Positions 18,581 to 27,488 of a stretch of DNA of 64,000 nt are shown piece after piece. The translations under genes were made by a program, and so were the position numbers. Position 1 is the first letter of the stretch; each line of letters begins with the position of its first letter. The stretch covers positions 1,248,001 through 1,312,000 of the forward strand of contig CAXXHB010000003.1 of the NCBI GenBank assembly GCA_963664815.2, in the 5' to 3' direction. The notes beneath the pieces are model-generated. The model saw only the letters and a list, made by a program, of their open reading frames with translations, made no database searches and had not been told where the DNA came from. Origin of the DNA: Spirochaetota bacterium. Lineage in GTDB: Bacteria > Spirochaetota > UBA4802 > UBA5550.

Positions 18581-19714
18581 TCAATTAGTTTTTAAATTTT
18601 TTATTATTTTTGATTTTTCATTCATGACTTTTAATAAATTTCGTGTAATCATATTTGCACTTCCATAATTTCCTGCATCTGTTGCTTTTTTAATGATTTC
18701 TTCATCATGAGTTGCTGATGGTATTACTTTTTCTGAGGGTGAAAAAATATAAATACCTGAGCCATTCAGAATGGCAGGTGATGCCTGATTTTTTGTAAGC
18801 ATAAGACATTTGTCGGTGAAAATACCTGAATTATTCAACACAGTAATTATTTTAGGTTCTTTTTCATCCGATTTAACAGGCTCTCCAATTTTAAATTTTA
18901 AAGATTTAGAAACTTTTCCGTTGAGAATCGTGTTTGCGGCAGCAAATGAACCGCCGGAAGCGGAGATTGAATTTATTTTTTCTGCTAAATCATTTTTTAT
19001 TTTTTCAAGTTTCTTTTCTTCAAGCTGTTTCTTTATGCGTTCGCGGTCAGTAGTTGGATCTGAAATTTTTACATTATTGCTCCTTATTTCTGTATCTATT
19101 TCCGAGTCTGTCACTGCAGATTCAGAAATATATCTTTTTTTAAGCTCTTCTGTGCTAAGAAATGAATATTCTACCTGAATACTTGAATTATCGACAATGT
19201 TTTTTGTTAATGCGTCTTCTCTTGAAATTGCTCCGCCGATGCCAAGAAAGAATTTGTAATCATTTATAGTAAAATCTCTCTTGATCAGTTTTTCGAACTC
19301 TGCGAGATTCAATCTGCTGTTTTTAAGGAGTGCCTGAAAATATTCAGGGTCAAATTTTCCCGTTGATGGATTTTTAAACTCCTGTGAATTTTTAACGTAT
19401 CTTAAAATACGTTCCTCAGTAGGTTTAAAACCTGTTTTTTCTGCTTTTTGGATAAGCAGTAATTCAAGTATAAAGTTATCAAGAATGAAACTATCCATTT
19501 TCTGATTTCTGAACTGTGCAAATTTAGTGTCCCTATATCTTAGAAAATCTAAAATTGGAACTTTCTGCCCATTTACAATAGCAGCAACTGAACGATCGGT
19601 ATTACAGCCGGAAACATCAGGCATACCGAATGAGAGAATTATTATAAACAGGAAAAATCCTATTAAGAAATATCCTACATATTTTGAAAAAACATTTTTC
19701 TGGTCAAACATCAT
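18581..19714 (-). CDS. SurA N-terminal-domain protein (PpiD-like membrane-anchored chaperone)
   Basis: TM anchor, VAAIVNGQKV, LLIQKAEKTGF, TGKFDPEYFQALL. Confidence 0.75.
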   Translation of the reverse strand: MMFDQKNVFSKYVGYFLIGFFLFIIILSFGMPDVSGCNTDRSVAAIVNGQKVPILDFLRYRDTKFAQFRNQKMDSFILDNFILELLLIQKAEKTGFKPTEERILRYVKNSQEFKNPSTGKFDPEYFQALLKNSRLNLAEFEKLIKRDFTINDYKFFLGIGGAISREDALTKNIVDNSSIQVEYSFLSTEELKKRYISESAVTDSEIDTEIRSNNVKISDPTTDRERIKKQLEEKKLEKIKNDLAEKINSISASGGSFAAANTILNGKVSKSLKFKIGEPVKSDEKEPKIITVLNNSGIFTDKCLMLTKNQASPAILNGSGIYIFSPSEKVIPSATHDEEIIKKATDAGNYGSANMITRNLLKVMNEKSKIIKNLKTN

Positions 19715-19758
19715 AAACCTTCTTTCTCTTATATATTTTTCTTTGTAGTGAAAATGTA

Positions 19759-19929
19759 TTATTTTTTTGATTTTTCGGCTTCATCAACAAGCATAACAGG
19801 TATTCCGTCTTTCACAGGATATTTTAAACCGCAGCCTGTGCATATGAGCTTTTCATTGCGGGTATCGTACTCCAAATCTCCTCTGCACGCCGGACATGCA
19901 AGAATTTCAAGAAGTTTTGTATCAATCAT
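19759..19929 (-). CDS. Trm112/YcaR family protein (56 aa; below the ORF-track cut-off)
   Basis: Manual translation [56 protein letters not shown]; GGAG RBS upstream. Confidence 0.93.
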   Translation of the reverse strand: MIDTKLLEILACPACRGDLEYDTRNEKLICTGCGLKYPVKDGIPVMLVDEAEKSKK

Positions 19930-20180
19930 TTTAAGCTCCAGTATAAATTGGTCATTTATTTTATTAAAAGAGTTGCCTGTGAGTCAATCAAAATACTATT
20001 TTGAAATAGTATAATAACTATATCAAAATTTGATATTTTTGCTGATATAATTTCATTACCGCTTCATGAATAGTTATTTATGAATGGTATTTTTTATTTT
20101 ACATAATAAATATGTCAGTAAAATTTTTTATTTTTTTATTTTAAATCGTATTAAATATTGATAATTTCCGGAGATAATTG

Positions 20181-20867
20181 ATGAATAAGAAAGGTGTTAT
20201 TCTGTTAAGTGGAGGACTTGATTCTGCGACGGTTGCAGCCATAGCAATAAAAGAGGGATTCTCTCTGTCTGCTCTGACTTTTTATTATTCCCAGAGGCAT
20301 GAAATTGAAATCGTATTTGCAGAGAGATTAGCCGGTTATTTCAAAATAGATAATCATATAAAAATATCAATACCGGCTGAGATTTTCAAATCAGCATTGA
20401 CAAAGGATTCAGAAATTGAAGTACCCAAAAACAGGGATGTCACAAGGAGTGATATACCAGAAACATATGTTCCGGCGAGGAATATCATTTTTTTATCATT
20501 TGCCCTGGCATATGCCGAATCTACCGGTGCAGAAAATATTTTTATTGGAGCAAATGCGATTGATTATAGTGGATATCCTGACTGCCGACCAGAATTTTTC
20601 AGTGCATTCAGAAAAATGGCTAATACCGGTACAAAGTCCGGCGTTGAGGGGAGGGGATTCACAATTCATACTCCATTAATGCATCTTTATAAGCATGAAA
20701 TAATAAAATTGGGAACAGAATTGGGCCTGGATTATTCTTTTACACATAGCTGCTATGATCCTTCAATTGATGGTTCATCATGCGGGGAATGTGACAGCTG
20801 TCATCTGAGAATGAAGGGTTTTGCTGAAGCAGGCGTTCCTGATCCGACTCAATACAGGAAGAAATGA
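20181..20867 (+). CDS. queC: 7-cyano-7-deazaguanine synthase
   Basis: LLSGGLDS, YVPARN, DYSGYPDCRPEF, SCY...CGECDSC. Confidence 0.97.
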   Translation: MNKKGVILLSGGLDSATVAAIAIKEGFSLSALTFYYSQRHEIEIVFAERLAGYFKIDNHIKISIPAEIFKSALTKDSEIEVPKNRDVTRSDIPETYVPARNIIFLSFALAYAESTGAENIFIGANAIDYSGYPDCRPEFFSAFRKMANTGTKSGVEGRGFTIHTPLMHLYKHEIIKLGTELGLDYSFTHSCYDPSIDGSSCGECDSCHLRMKGFAEAGVPDPTQYRKK

Positions 20868-21641
20868 TAAGGTTTTTTCTCTTTTTTCTGGATTTTGTTT
20901 TCCCGTGTAATTGTGTATCCTGCGGTACCCCTGTACCTTATTATATGAATTATTTGTGCAACGAATGTCGTGCATGTATGAATGAGATTAAAAATGGATG
21001 TTCTGTATGCTCTGGAATAGTAGAAGATAATTTCTGTTCAATTTGCGGAGAGAGGATGTTTTATCCGGAAAAGCATATCTCCCTGTTCAGTTATGAAAAA
21101 GTATTAAAAGCTGTAATTCATTCTCTTAAATTTAGGGGTTTAAAGCATATTTACAGGAATTTTGTCCAACTACGGGAGCAGTCTGAAGAGATTTAAGAAA
21201 CGTTTAAAGCATATTTACAGGAATTTTGTCCCGATTATCTGCGGGAGAATTTATGATTTCGGGGAGAAAATAGACATCGTGACTTCTGTTCCCATGAACA
21301 GAAGAAAACTGGTTAAAAGAGGTTATAATCAGTCAGAGTTGATAGCACGGGCTGTCAGCAGAAAAACTGGAATAGAATTTTATGAAATTCTGAAAGAATG
21401 TAAAAACAGGATACAGCAGAGAGATCTTAATTATGATAAGAGATTTATAAATGTTATTGACAGGTATGAAACTGTTAATAATATTAAATTCAGAGGTAAA
21501 GCGGTACTTCTTATAGATGATGTTTTTACAACCGGGGCAACAATTAATGAGTGTTCGAGAATTCTATTGTTAGCCGGTGCTGCTAAAGTATTTTCGATAA
21601 CAATAGTCCGTTCTGACTTAAAAAAGCTTGAAAATCTGTAG
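20864..21641 (+). pseudogene. comF: ComF family protein (double zinc ribbon + PRTase) split by a 64-bp frameshifting insertion
   Basis: ORF 20864-21196 carries the CxxC zinc ribbons. ORF 21162-21641 carries RGYNQS and LLIDDVFTTGAT. Removing 64 bp (one 30-bp repeat plus 34 bp) gives one 237-aa frame. Confidence 0.9.
21138..21231 (+). repeat. Exact 30-bp direct repeat flanking a unique 34-bp spacer
   Basis: GTTTAAAGCATATTTACAGGAATTTTGTCC at 21138-21167 and 21202-21231; spacer AACTACGGGAGCAGTCTGAAGAGATTTAAGAAAC at 21168-21201. Confidence 0.97.
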
Positions 21642-21678
21642 AAAAAGAAATAATATAATCATAAATATGACAATATAA

Positions 21679-22020
21679 TTGGAGCAGGTGATGGAGAGAA
21701 TTTCACATGATAATTATGAACTCATAATACTGGAGGGGAGGATCGATCAGGCTGAGTCTGAAGAACTTGAATCTGTTTTGAGTGATTGTGTTGAAGATGG
21801 AAAAATAAATATCTGTATTGATATGATAGATGTCAAGCACATATGCAGTTCTGCGCTTGGAGTTCTTGTCGCAATAAAAAGAAAGATCAAGGATAATGAA
21901 GGTGATATAAAACTTGTTATAAGCAGTGATAATCTCCTTAAACTTTTCGAAACAACTATGTTGAATAAAGTATTTGAAATTTATGAATCACGACGCGAAT
22001 GTCTTCCGAACTTTGATTGA
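21679..22020 (+). CDS. STAS-domain anti-sigma factor antagonist
   Basis: IDMIDVKHICSSALGVLV (phosphorylatable Ser motif); start may be ATG 21691. Confidence 0.88.
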   Translation: MEQVMERISHDNYELIILEGRIDQAESEELESVLSDCVEDGKINICIDMIDVKHICSSALGVLVAIKRKIKDNEGDIKLVISSDNLLKLFETTMLNKVFEIYESRRECLPNFD

Positions 22021-22029
22021 TAGTTTGTT

Positions 22030-23004
22030 ATGAGCGATATATTAAAGAAGATTCTTGAGCCTCTATCTGAAGAACTTATAAAAGTTGATGAAAAAATTAA
22101 AAATCACCTTAAAACAGGTGTTTCTATAATAGATGATAGTTCTATGCATCTTTTTTCCAGCGGTGGGAAGAAGATAAGAGCGTCACTTGCGCTTCTTTCA
22201 TCCGGACTAAGGACAGGATCCAATGATGGTGTCATCGATCTTGCTGCGGCTGTGGAGATAATTCACGCTGCATCCCTGATCCATGATGATATTATTGATA
22301 AATCCTTTATAAGGAGAGGACTTATATCAGTACCGAGCAAATTTGGTGATAAGATTGCCGTACTTGCCGGTGATTATATGTACTCTGTTGCTGTAAATAT
22401 TGCAATTAAAAGCAGCAATGAGAGAATTCTTGAAATTATTTCTGATGCAACAAAAGAAATGGTTAAGGGTGAGCTTTATCAGCTTGAGTATTCAAATATT
22501 AATAAGATAACTGAAGAGCATTACTTCAACATTATTGAGCGGAAAACCGGGAAATTAATGGCTGCAAGTGCAGCTGTTGGTGCAATAAAATCGGGGCTAA
22601 CTTCTGAAGAATGTGATTTTATATATAATATGGGTCTCAATATAGGCTTCGCATTTCAAATTGTTGATGACACATTTGATTTCAGCGACAGCAGCTCAGT
22701 AACCGGTAAAGATGTAGGAAACGATTTTAAGGATGGTAAAATTACACTCCCTTTTATTTACATACTGAAAAATGGAACTGAGAAAGAAAAGAAAAATGTC
22801 AGGGATTTATCGGCTGATCCTGAAAATGCCGACTGGAGTGAAGTAAAGAAAATGATTCATTCTTCAGGTGCATTTAAATATTCATTAAACAGGGCTGGAG
22901 AGTTTGCTGAAAATGCGAAAAAACAGCTTGAGATTTTTCCGGAGTCTGAAAATAAAAATATCATCAAAGATCTGATTAATTTTATTGTTGAAAGAAATTA
23001 TTGA
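22030..23004 (+). CDS. Long-chain polyprenyl diphosphate synthase
   Basis: GGKKIR, ASLIHDDIID...RRG (FARM), AFQIVDDTFD (SARM), GKDVGNDFKDGKITLP. Confidence 0.95.
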   Translation: MSDILKKILEPLSEELIKVDEKIKNHLKTGVSIIDDSSMHLFSSGGKKIRASLALLSSGLRTGSNDGVIDLAAAVEIIHAASLIHDDIIDKSFIRRGLISVPSKFGDKIAVLAGDYMYSVAVNIAIKSSNERILEIISDATKEMVKGELYQLEYSNINKITEEHYFNIIERKTGKLMAASAAVGAIKSGLTSEECDFIYNMGLNIGFAFQIVDDTFDFSDSSSVTGKDVGNDFKDGKITLPFIYILKNGTEKEKKNVRDLSADPENADWSEVKKMIHSSGAFKYSLNRAGEFAENAKKQLEIFPESENKNIIKDLINFIVERNY

Positions 23005-23080
23005 TTAAGTAATGTTGAAATTACAATTATTCTCACATCTTTTAAGTTTTTACTGGTATTCATTTCTTTGAATCAGGGGG

Positions 23081-23308
23081 GTGCTTGTGTTATCCAGGGA
23101 AAAAGAGGAATTGCTTAAATATTATAATCTTGGTCTAGCTGCTTATAAACAGAGAAAATGGGATGATGCAATCCGCTCATTCGAAATGGCGCTTAAACTC
23201 TTCCCGGAGGATGGTCCTTCAGAGCTTTATCTTGAAAGAGCACAGACATTCAAGGTGACTCCTCCACCGGAAGACTGGGATGGTGTTTATGTAATGACCA
23301 CAAAATAA
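23081..23308 (+). CDS. Small single-TPR protein
   Basis: YNLGLAAYKQRKWDDAIRSFEMALKLFPED TPR plus PPPEDWDGV tail; GTG start. Confidence 0.8.
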   Translation: MLVLSREKEELLKYYNLGLAAYKQRKWDDAIRSFEMALKLFPEDGPSELYLERAQTFKVTPPPEDWDGVYVMTTK

Positions 23309-23423
23309 TTCTGATAAACCGGGAGTATATTTTATTTGATTTTATTGAAATGAAGAACTTCCGTTTATAGAATGTTCGATATAGTATTTAATATGCTGTA
23401 AAAAAATAGATCAGGAAAATGTA

Positions 23424-23858
23424 ATGGCAAAGAAGATAATTCAGGTTAATAAGAATCCGGTTTATGATATCGGGATGATTTCAACTGTTTTTAATAAAAA
23501 TACGGAATTTTATGGTGATCTCACATTTAAAAAATCTCTTCAGATTAATGGAAAATTTGAGGGTGAGATAAGTTCAGGAACTTATCTTGTTGTTGGTGAA
23601 GAAGCAGTTATAAAGGCCAATATCAAAGCGGATACTGTTATCATTAAAGGGACTGTATACGGGAATGTAGAAGCTGTAACGAGGCTTGAAATTCATACAA
23701 ATGGCAAACTTTACGGGAATATAAGGACAAAAAAACTCATGATTTCCGATGGTGTGGTTTTTGAGGGGAAATGTGAAATGATTAAACCATATGAAAAAAA
23801 AGTGAAGAAAGGGGATGAAATTCCTGATTCTACAGAACCTGAAGCGGTACAGATTTAG
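23424..23858 (+). CDS. Bactofilin (polymer-forming cytoskeletal protein)
   Basis: FYGDL..LQINGKFEGEI..VVGEEAVIKANIKA..GTVYGNV..GVVFEGKCEM beta-helix pattern. Confidence 0.92.
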   Translation: MAKKIIQVNKNPVYDIGMISTVFNKNTEFYGDLTFKKSLQINGKFEGEISSGTYLVVGEEAVIKANIKADTVIIKGTVYGNVEAVTRLEIHTNGKLYGNIRTKKLMISDGVVFEGKCEMIKPYEKKVKKGDEIPDSTEPEAVQI

Positions 23859-23861
23859 CTT

Positions 23862-24218
23862 TCAGTTAATAATCATTTTAAATGAAATGTAAAGCAGCAG
23901 AAAACCGAAAAATTTTTTCAATATCTGTGGATTGATATTAAGTGCGAGTTTACTCCCTAACCATGCACCAATTAAAAAACCGGCAGCTATAATAGCTGCT
24001 GTTTTTATATCAGCATTACCTGCCTTGTAATATTCAAGTGCTGCAAATATTCCGATAGGTGGTATCATGGCAAGGAGTGTTGTACCCTGAGCTTTAATCT
24101 GGTCAAAACCTGCAAGGAATATCAACGCCGGAATCATTACTACAGCTCCTCCGATCCCTAGAAGTCCGCTTGAAATACCTCCAATAAAACCTATTATCAG
24201 AATTATAAGTGTTTTCAT
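23862..24218 (-). CDS. TauE/SafE (TSUP) family half-size transporter
   Basis: GGISSGLLGIGGAVVMIPAL, AQGTTL; 118 aa, hydrophobic. Confidence 0.85.
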   Translation of the reverse strand: MKTLIILIIGFIGGISSGLLGIGGAVVMIPALIFLAGFDQIKAQGTTLLAMIPPIGIFAALEYYKAGNADIKTAAIIAAGFLIGAWLGSKLALNINPQILKKFFGFLLLYISFKMIIN

Positions 24219-24348
24219 TTTTAAAACCTTCCAGTGTTTTTTAGTTTAAATATTACCCAATCCGGTATTGTTTCCCATGCAGGTTGAATTGAGTGGTATA
24301 TACATGAATTATAAAATAGGCTATTAATATTTTAAAACGGAAATGCCG

Positions 24349-25056
24349 CTAACTGTTAATAATATCATTGATTATAAGGCCTGCAGCCATCAGACCAAAT
24401 ATACCCGGCATAAAGGAGATGCTCCCCTGCATTCTTTTTCCTATGCCGGATTCAGGTTCCTGAACTTTGTTAAGGTTCTCTGTCGAGTAGATACATCTCA
24501 CACCGGTTAAAATTCCGGCAGCTTTAAGTCTTTTCCTCATCACCCTTGCAAGAGGGCAGTATTCAGTCATGCTTATGTCATCAATTCTGATTTTTGATGA
24601 GTCGAGCCTGCTCCCGGCCCCCATGGATGATACAAATGGAATGTTTCTATTCACCAGCTCCGAGATTAGGGAGGTTTTTGCATCAATTTCGTCTATAGCA
24701 TCAATAGCATAGATGGAATTATCGTAAGGTATCAGTTTGCTTATACTCTCAGAGCTAAGACGTTCACTGATTGCTGTAATATTTATTTCCGGGTTGATCT
24801 CTTTTATTCTTTTCAGTGCGACTTCAGTTTTTAACTCCCCCATTGTTGATGAAAGTGCAAATATCTGGCGGTTCATGTTTGAGGGAGTTACCTTGTCATA
24901 ATCAGCAATAATCATTCTGCCCGCGCCTGCACGGGCAATAGCTTCAGCAGCATATCCTCCGACACCTCCCAGACCGAAGATTGCAACAGTAGCCAGATTC
25001 ATTTTATCCAGATTTTCTTTGCCTATGAGTATTTCAGTCCTTGACAGATCTATCAT
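24349..25056 (-). CDS. tcdA: tRNA threonylcarbamoyladenosine dehydratase (ThiF family)
   Basis: GLGGVGGYAAEAIARAG, SNMNRQ, IDAID, SSMGAG, CPLARVMRKRL. Confidence 0.9.
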   Translation of the reverse strand: MIDLSRTEILIGKENLDKMNLATVAIFGLGGVGGYAAEAIARAGAGRMIIADYDKVTPSNMNRQIFALSSTMGELKTEVALKRIKEINPEINITAISERLSSESISKLIPYDNSIYAIDAIDEIDAKTSLISELVNRNIPFVSSMGAGSRLDSSKIRIDDISMTEYCPLARVMRKRLKAAGILTGVRCIYSTENLNKVQEPESGIGKRMQGSISFMPGIFGLMAAGLIINDIINS

Positions 25057-25820
25057 CCATTCAGTCCAAAAATTTTTTTTGCATTTGCTGTGGTTGTTTC
25101 CGCAATTTTCTCCTCCGGTATTGTGAGTATACCGGAGGCAGCCCTGAGATTCAGCAGTATGTTTGATGGTATATTTGGTTTCATGGTATTTAACGGCGGG
25201 ATGTCAGGGCTATCAGTTTCAAGGAGGAAAAAGTCCGGGTAAATGCGTTTAAGCACTTCACTCCGTTTTTTACTGTTCCTGTATGTAAGCGTTCCACCCA
25301 TAGAGAAAGAAAGACCTTTTTTAATCAGAATCTCTGTAATTTCGGGACTGCCGGAGTACGCATGTACAGTTCCCCCGTTACGTGGCACACCAATGCGGTT
25401 TATTGATTCAATCAGTTCATTGAATGCGCCGCGACAGTGAATTATTACCGGCATTCCTGTTTCAACTGCATACTGAAGCTGAAGCTCAAATATCTCACGT
25501 TGAAGATCAAAAGATGGTGATACAATTTTTCTGTCAAGCCCGATTTCTCCTATTGCAACAGCACCTTTTCCGGAAGCGTTTTCAAGCTTGAGTTTAATAT
25601 CTCGGTCAGATTCTGATACATACCAGGGATGAATGCCGATACTGAATTCGACCAGTTTAAATCTTTCATGAATTTTTTCTGATTTTTCCCATTCATTTAG
25701 GGTAACGGACGATGTTATCAGTTTAACAATACCTGCCTTAACTGCTTCGTCGATCACCTTATCGAGAGAATAGTCAAATTCCTGAGCTTCGAGATGGCAG
25801 TGAGAATCTATCAGTTTCAG
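25053..25820 (-). CDS. tatD: TatD family metal-dependent nuclease; N-terminus extended to a probable CTG start
   Basis: GIHP, AIGEIGLD, IIHCR, LLETDSP motifs. The conserved IDSHCHL motif lies in frame upstream of the ORF-track start 25757. Confidence 0.88.
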   Translation of the reverse strand: MKLIDSHCHLEAQEFDYSLDKVIDEAVKAGIVKLITSSVTLNEWEKSEKIHERFKLVEFSIGIHPWYVSESDRDIKLKLENASGKGAVAIGEIGLDRKIVSPSFDLQREIFELQLQYAVETGMPVIIHCRGAFNELIESINRIGVPRNGGTVHAYSGSPEITEILIKKGLSFSMGGTLTYRNSKKRSEVLKRIYPDFFLLETDSPDIPPLNTMKPNIPSNILLNLRAASGILTIPEEKIAETTTANAKKIFGLNG

Positions 25821-27028
25821 TTGATTAAATCCTCCGGCTGATTTTTTAATGGTTTGTTTTTACTTTCAATATATATTCTGGCATCACCCATTGAAATGAA
25901 AAATTTATTTTTACCATCCATATCGAAATTGGTGGCAAAAGAAGCATAGTGCTTGCCACAGACTATAATCAGCTCCCTCTCGGGGAAGAGATTGAAAAGA
26001 TATTTAAGCTGGGAAGTTTCACTCTGATCCATGTCGTTTATGAGCCTGTAGTCAAGTATAATAACTGTGTTTGAAAGAGTTTTAAGAAATGCTCCGGTAA
26101 ATATTTTTTTTCGTTCGTTTATTGCATTTTCTGACTTGAGTGTAAATCTGAATGTTATGTAGGCGATATCATCCTGACGGTCGACAATTATATTATTTAC
26201 TTCATTTTTCAACATCATCGCCCTTTTACGTCTGGAATCGGCAATAGCAGCTCTGCTTTTCCCAGAGATTATCATTTCATCGCAGTTTTTTGAGATGTAA
26301 TCTGTAACGCCGAGTTTCATTGCAAGGAGAATATCTTCTTTTCTGGTTTTTGATGAGTACATTATGACTGGAATGTTTTTTGTAAACTCGTCTTTTTTCA
26401 GCTCTTTCAATACATCATAACCATCAATATCCGGCATCACGATGTCGAGTATAATAAGGTCTGGATTTCCTGTTTTTGCCAGTTCAATCCCCTCTTTTCC
26501 TGATTGTGCTGTGATAATGTTATGTCTGTCTTTTTTAAGGATATCCGATGTCATTTTAAGAACCAGTTTTGAGTCATCTATGATCAGGATAAGACCTTCA
26601 ATTTTATCATCGAAGTTCAAATCTTTCGGAGATACAAGGTCTTTCTTTGTTTCATCGTTTTTTAATAAATCTGCAGCAAGCCTGTTTACTACGCGGATAA
26701 CATTATCGTCAGCAAAAGGTTTAACTATAAATCCTGCAGCACCGTTATCGATACCTGAGAGAATCATTCTCTCCTGGCTATTGGCACTTATGATTATTAT
26801 TTTTGCATCCGGATAATTTTTTTTAAGCAATGCGGTAGTTTCTATGCCGTCCATTCCCGGCATATTAATGTCCATTGTTACTATATCAGGTTTATATGTT
26901 CTATATCCGGACAAGGCATCGTCACCTCTTTCGCATTCGCATACTATGGTGTGCCCTATTTTAGTAAGAATGTCGGTAAGCTTTTTTCTTACCAGTTTTG
27001 AATCATCCACAAGCATTATCTTAGCCAT
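25817..27028 (-). CDS. Double receiver-domain response regulator with STAS-like C-terminus
   Basis: Two REC domains (LVDD..MDINMP..KP; IIDD..LDIVMP); likely start MAKIML at 27028. Confidence 0.85.
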   Translation of the reverse strand: MAKIMLVDDSKLVRKKLTDILTKIGHTIVCECERGDDALSGYRTYKPDIVTMDINMPGMDGIETTALLKKNYPDAKIIIISANSQERMILSGIDNGAAGFIVKPFADDNVIRVVNRLAADLLKNDETKKDLVSPKDLNFDDKIEGLILIIDDSKLVLKMTSDILKKDRHNIITAQSGKEGIELAKTGNPDLIILDIVMPDIDGYDVLKELKKDEFTKNIPVIMYSSKTRKEDILLAMKLGVTDYISKNCDEMIISGKSRAAIADSRRKRAMMLKNEVNNIIVDRQDDIAYITFRFTLKSENAINERKKIFTGAFLKTLSNTVIILDYRLINDMDQSETSQLKYLFNLFPERELIIVCGKHYASFATNFDMDGKNKFFISMGDARIYIESKNKPLKNQPEDLIN

Positions 27029-27051
27029 GAAATTCCCGCCGTTCTTTTTAT

Positions 27052-27471
27052 TTATTCTCCGATTATCTTGACCAGTATTCTTTTTGGCCTTCTCCCGTCG
27101 AACTCTGCATAGTATATCTGCTCCCATGGACCGAAATCAAGACGGCCTTCTGTAACTGCCACGACAACCTCCCGTCCCATAATAGTCCTTTTTATATGTG
27201 CATCTCCATTATCCTCGCCGGTTTTATTGTGATGATACCGGCTTACTGGTTCGTGTGGAGCGAGTTCCTCCAGAAAATCGTCAAAATCTTTTAAAAGCCC
27301 GTTTTCAGCATCATTAATATAAACGCTTGCTGTTATATGCATTGCGTTTACCAGACAAAGTCCCTCTTTTATTTCACTTTTGCTCAGCTCAGCAATTATC
27401 TCCCTGGTAATATTAATATATTCTCTTCTTGATCTGGTATTAATAGTAAGGTAAGCAGTGTGAGATTTCAA
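27052..27471 (-). CDS. yjbQ: YjbQ/UPF0047 family protein
   Basis: [35 protein letters not shown]. Confidence 0.92.
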   Translation of the reverse strand: MKSHTAYLTINTRSRREYINITREIIAELSKSEIKEGLCLVNAMHITASVYINDAENGLLKDFDDFLEELAPHEPVSRYHHNKTGEDNGDAHIKRTIMGREVVVAVTEGRLDFGPWEQIYYAEFDGRRPKRILVKIIGE

Positions 27472-27488
27472 ATATTTACCTCCATTGT

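Noticed and set aside
19748-20014. 88-aa + strand ORF
   Set aside because: Antisense shadow of the Trm112 gene.
20020-20180. preQ1 riboswitch upstream of queC
   Set aside because: No GGTTC...CCC stem with A-rich tail is visible.
21170-21181. Spacer resembles the 16S rRNA motif CTACGGGAGGCAG
   Set aside because: Only a 9-nt exact match and the flanks diverge; compatible with chance.
21138-21231. Calling the comF insert a bona fide CRISPR array
   Set aside because: Only two repeats, the repeat is comF coding sequence, and there is no leader or cas gene in the window. Kept as a repeat and as a hypothesis about its origin.
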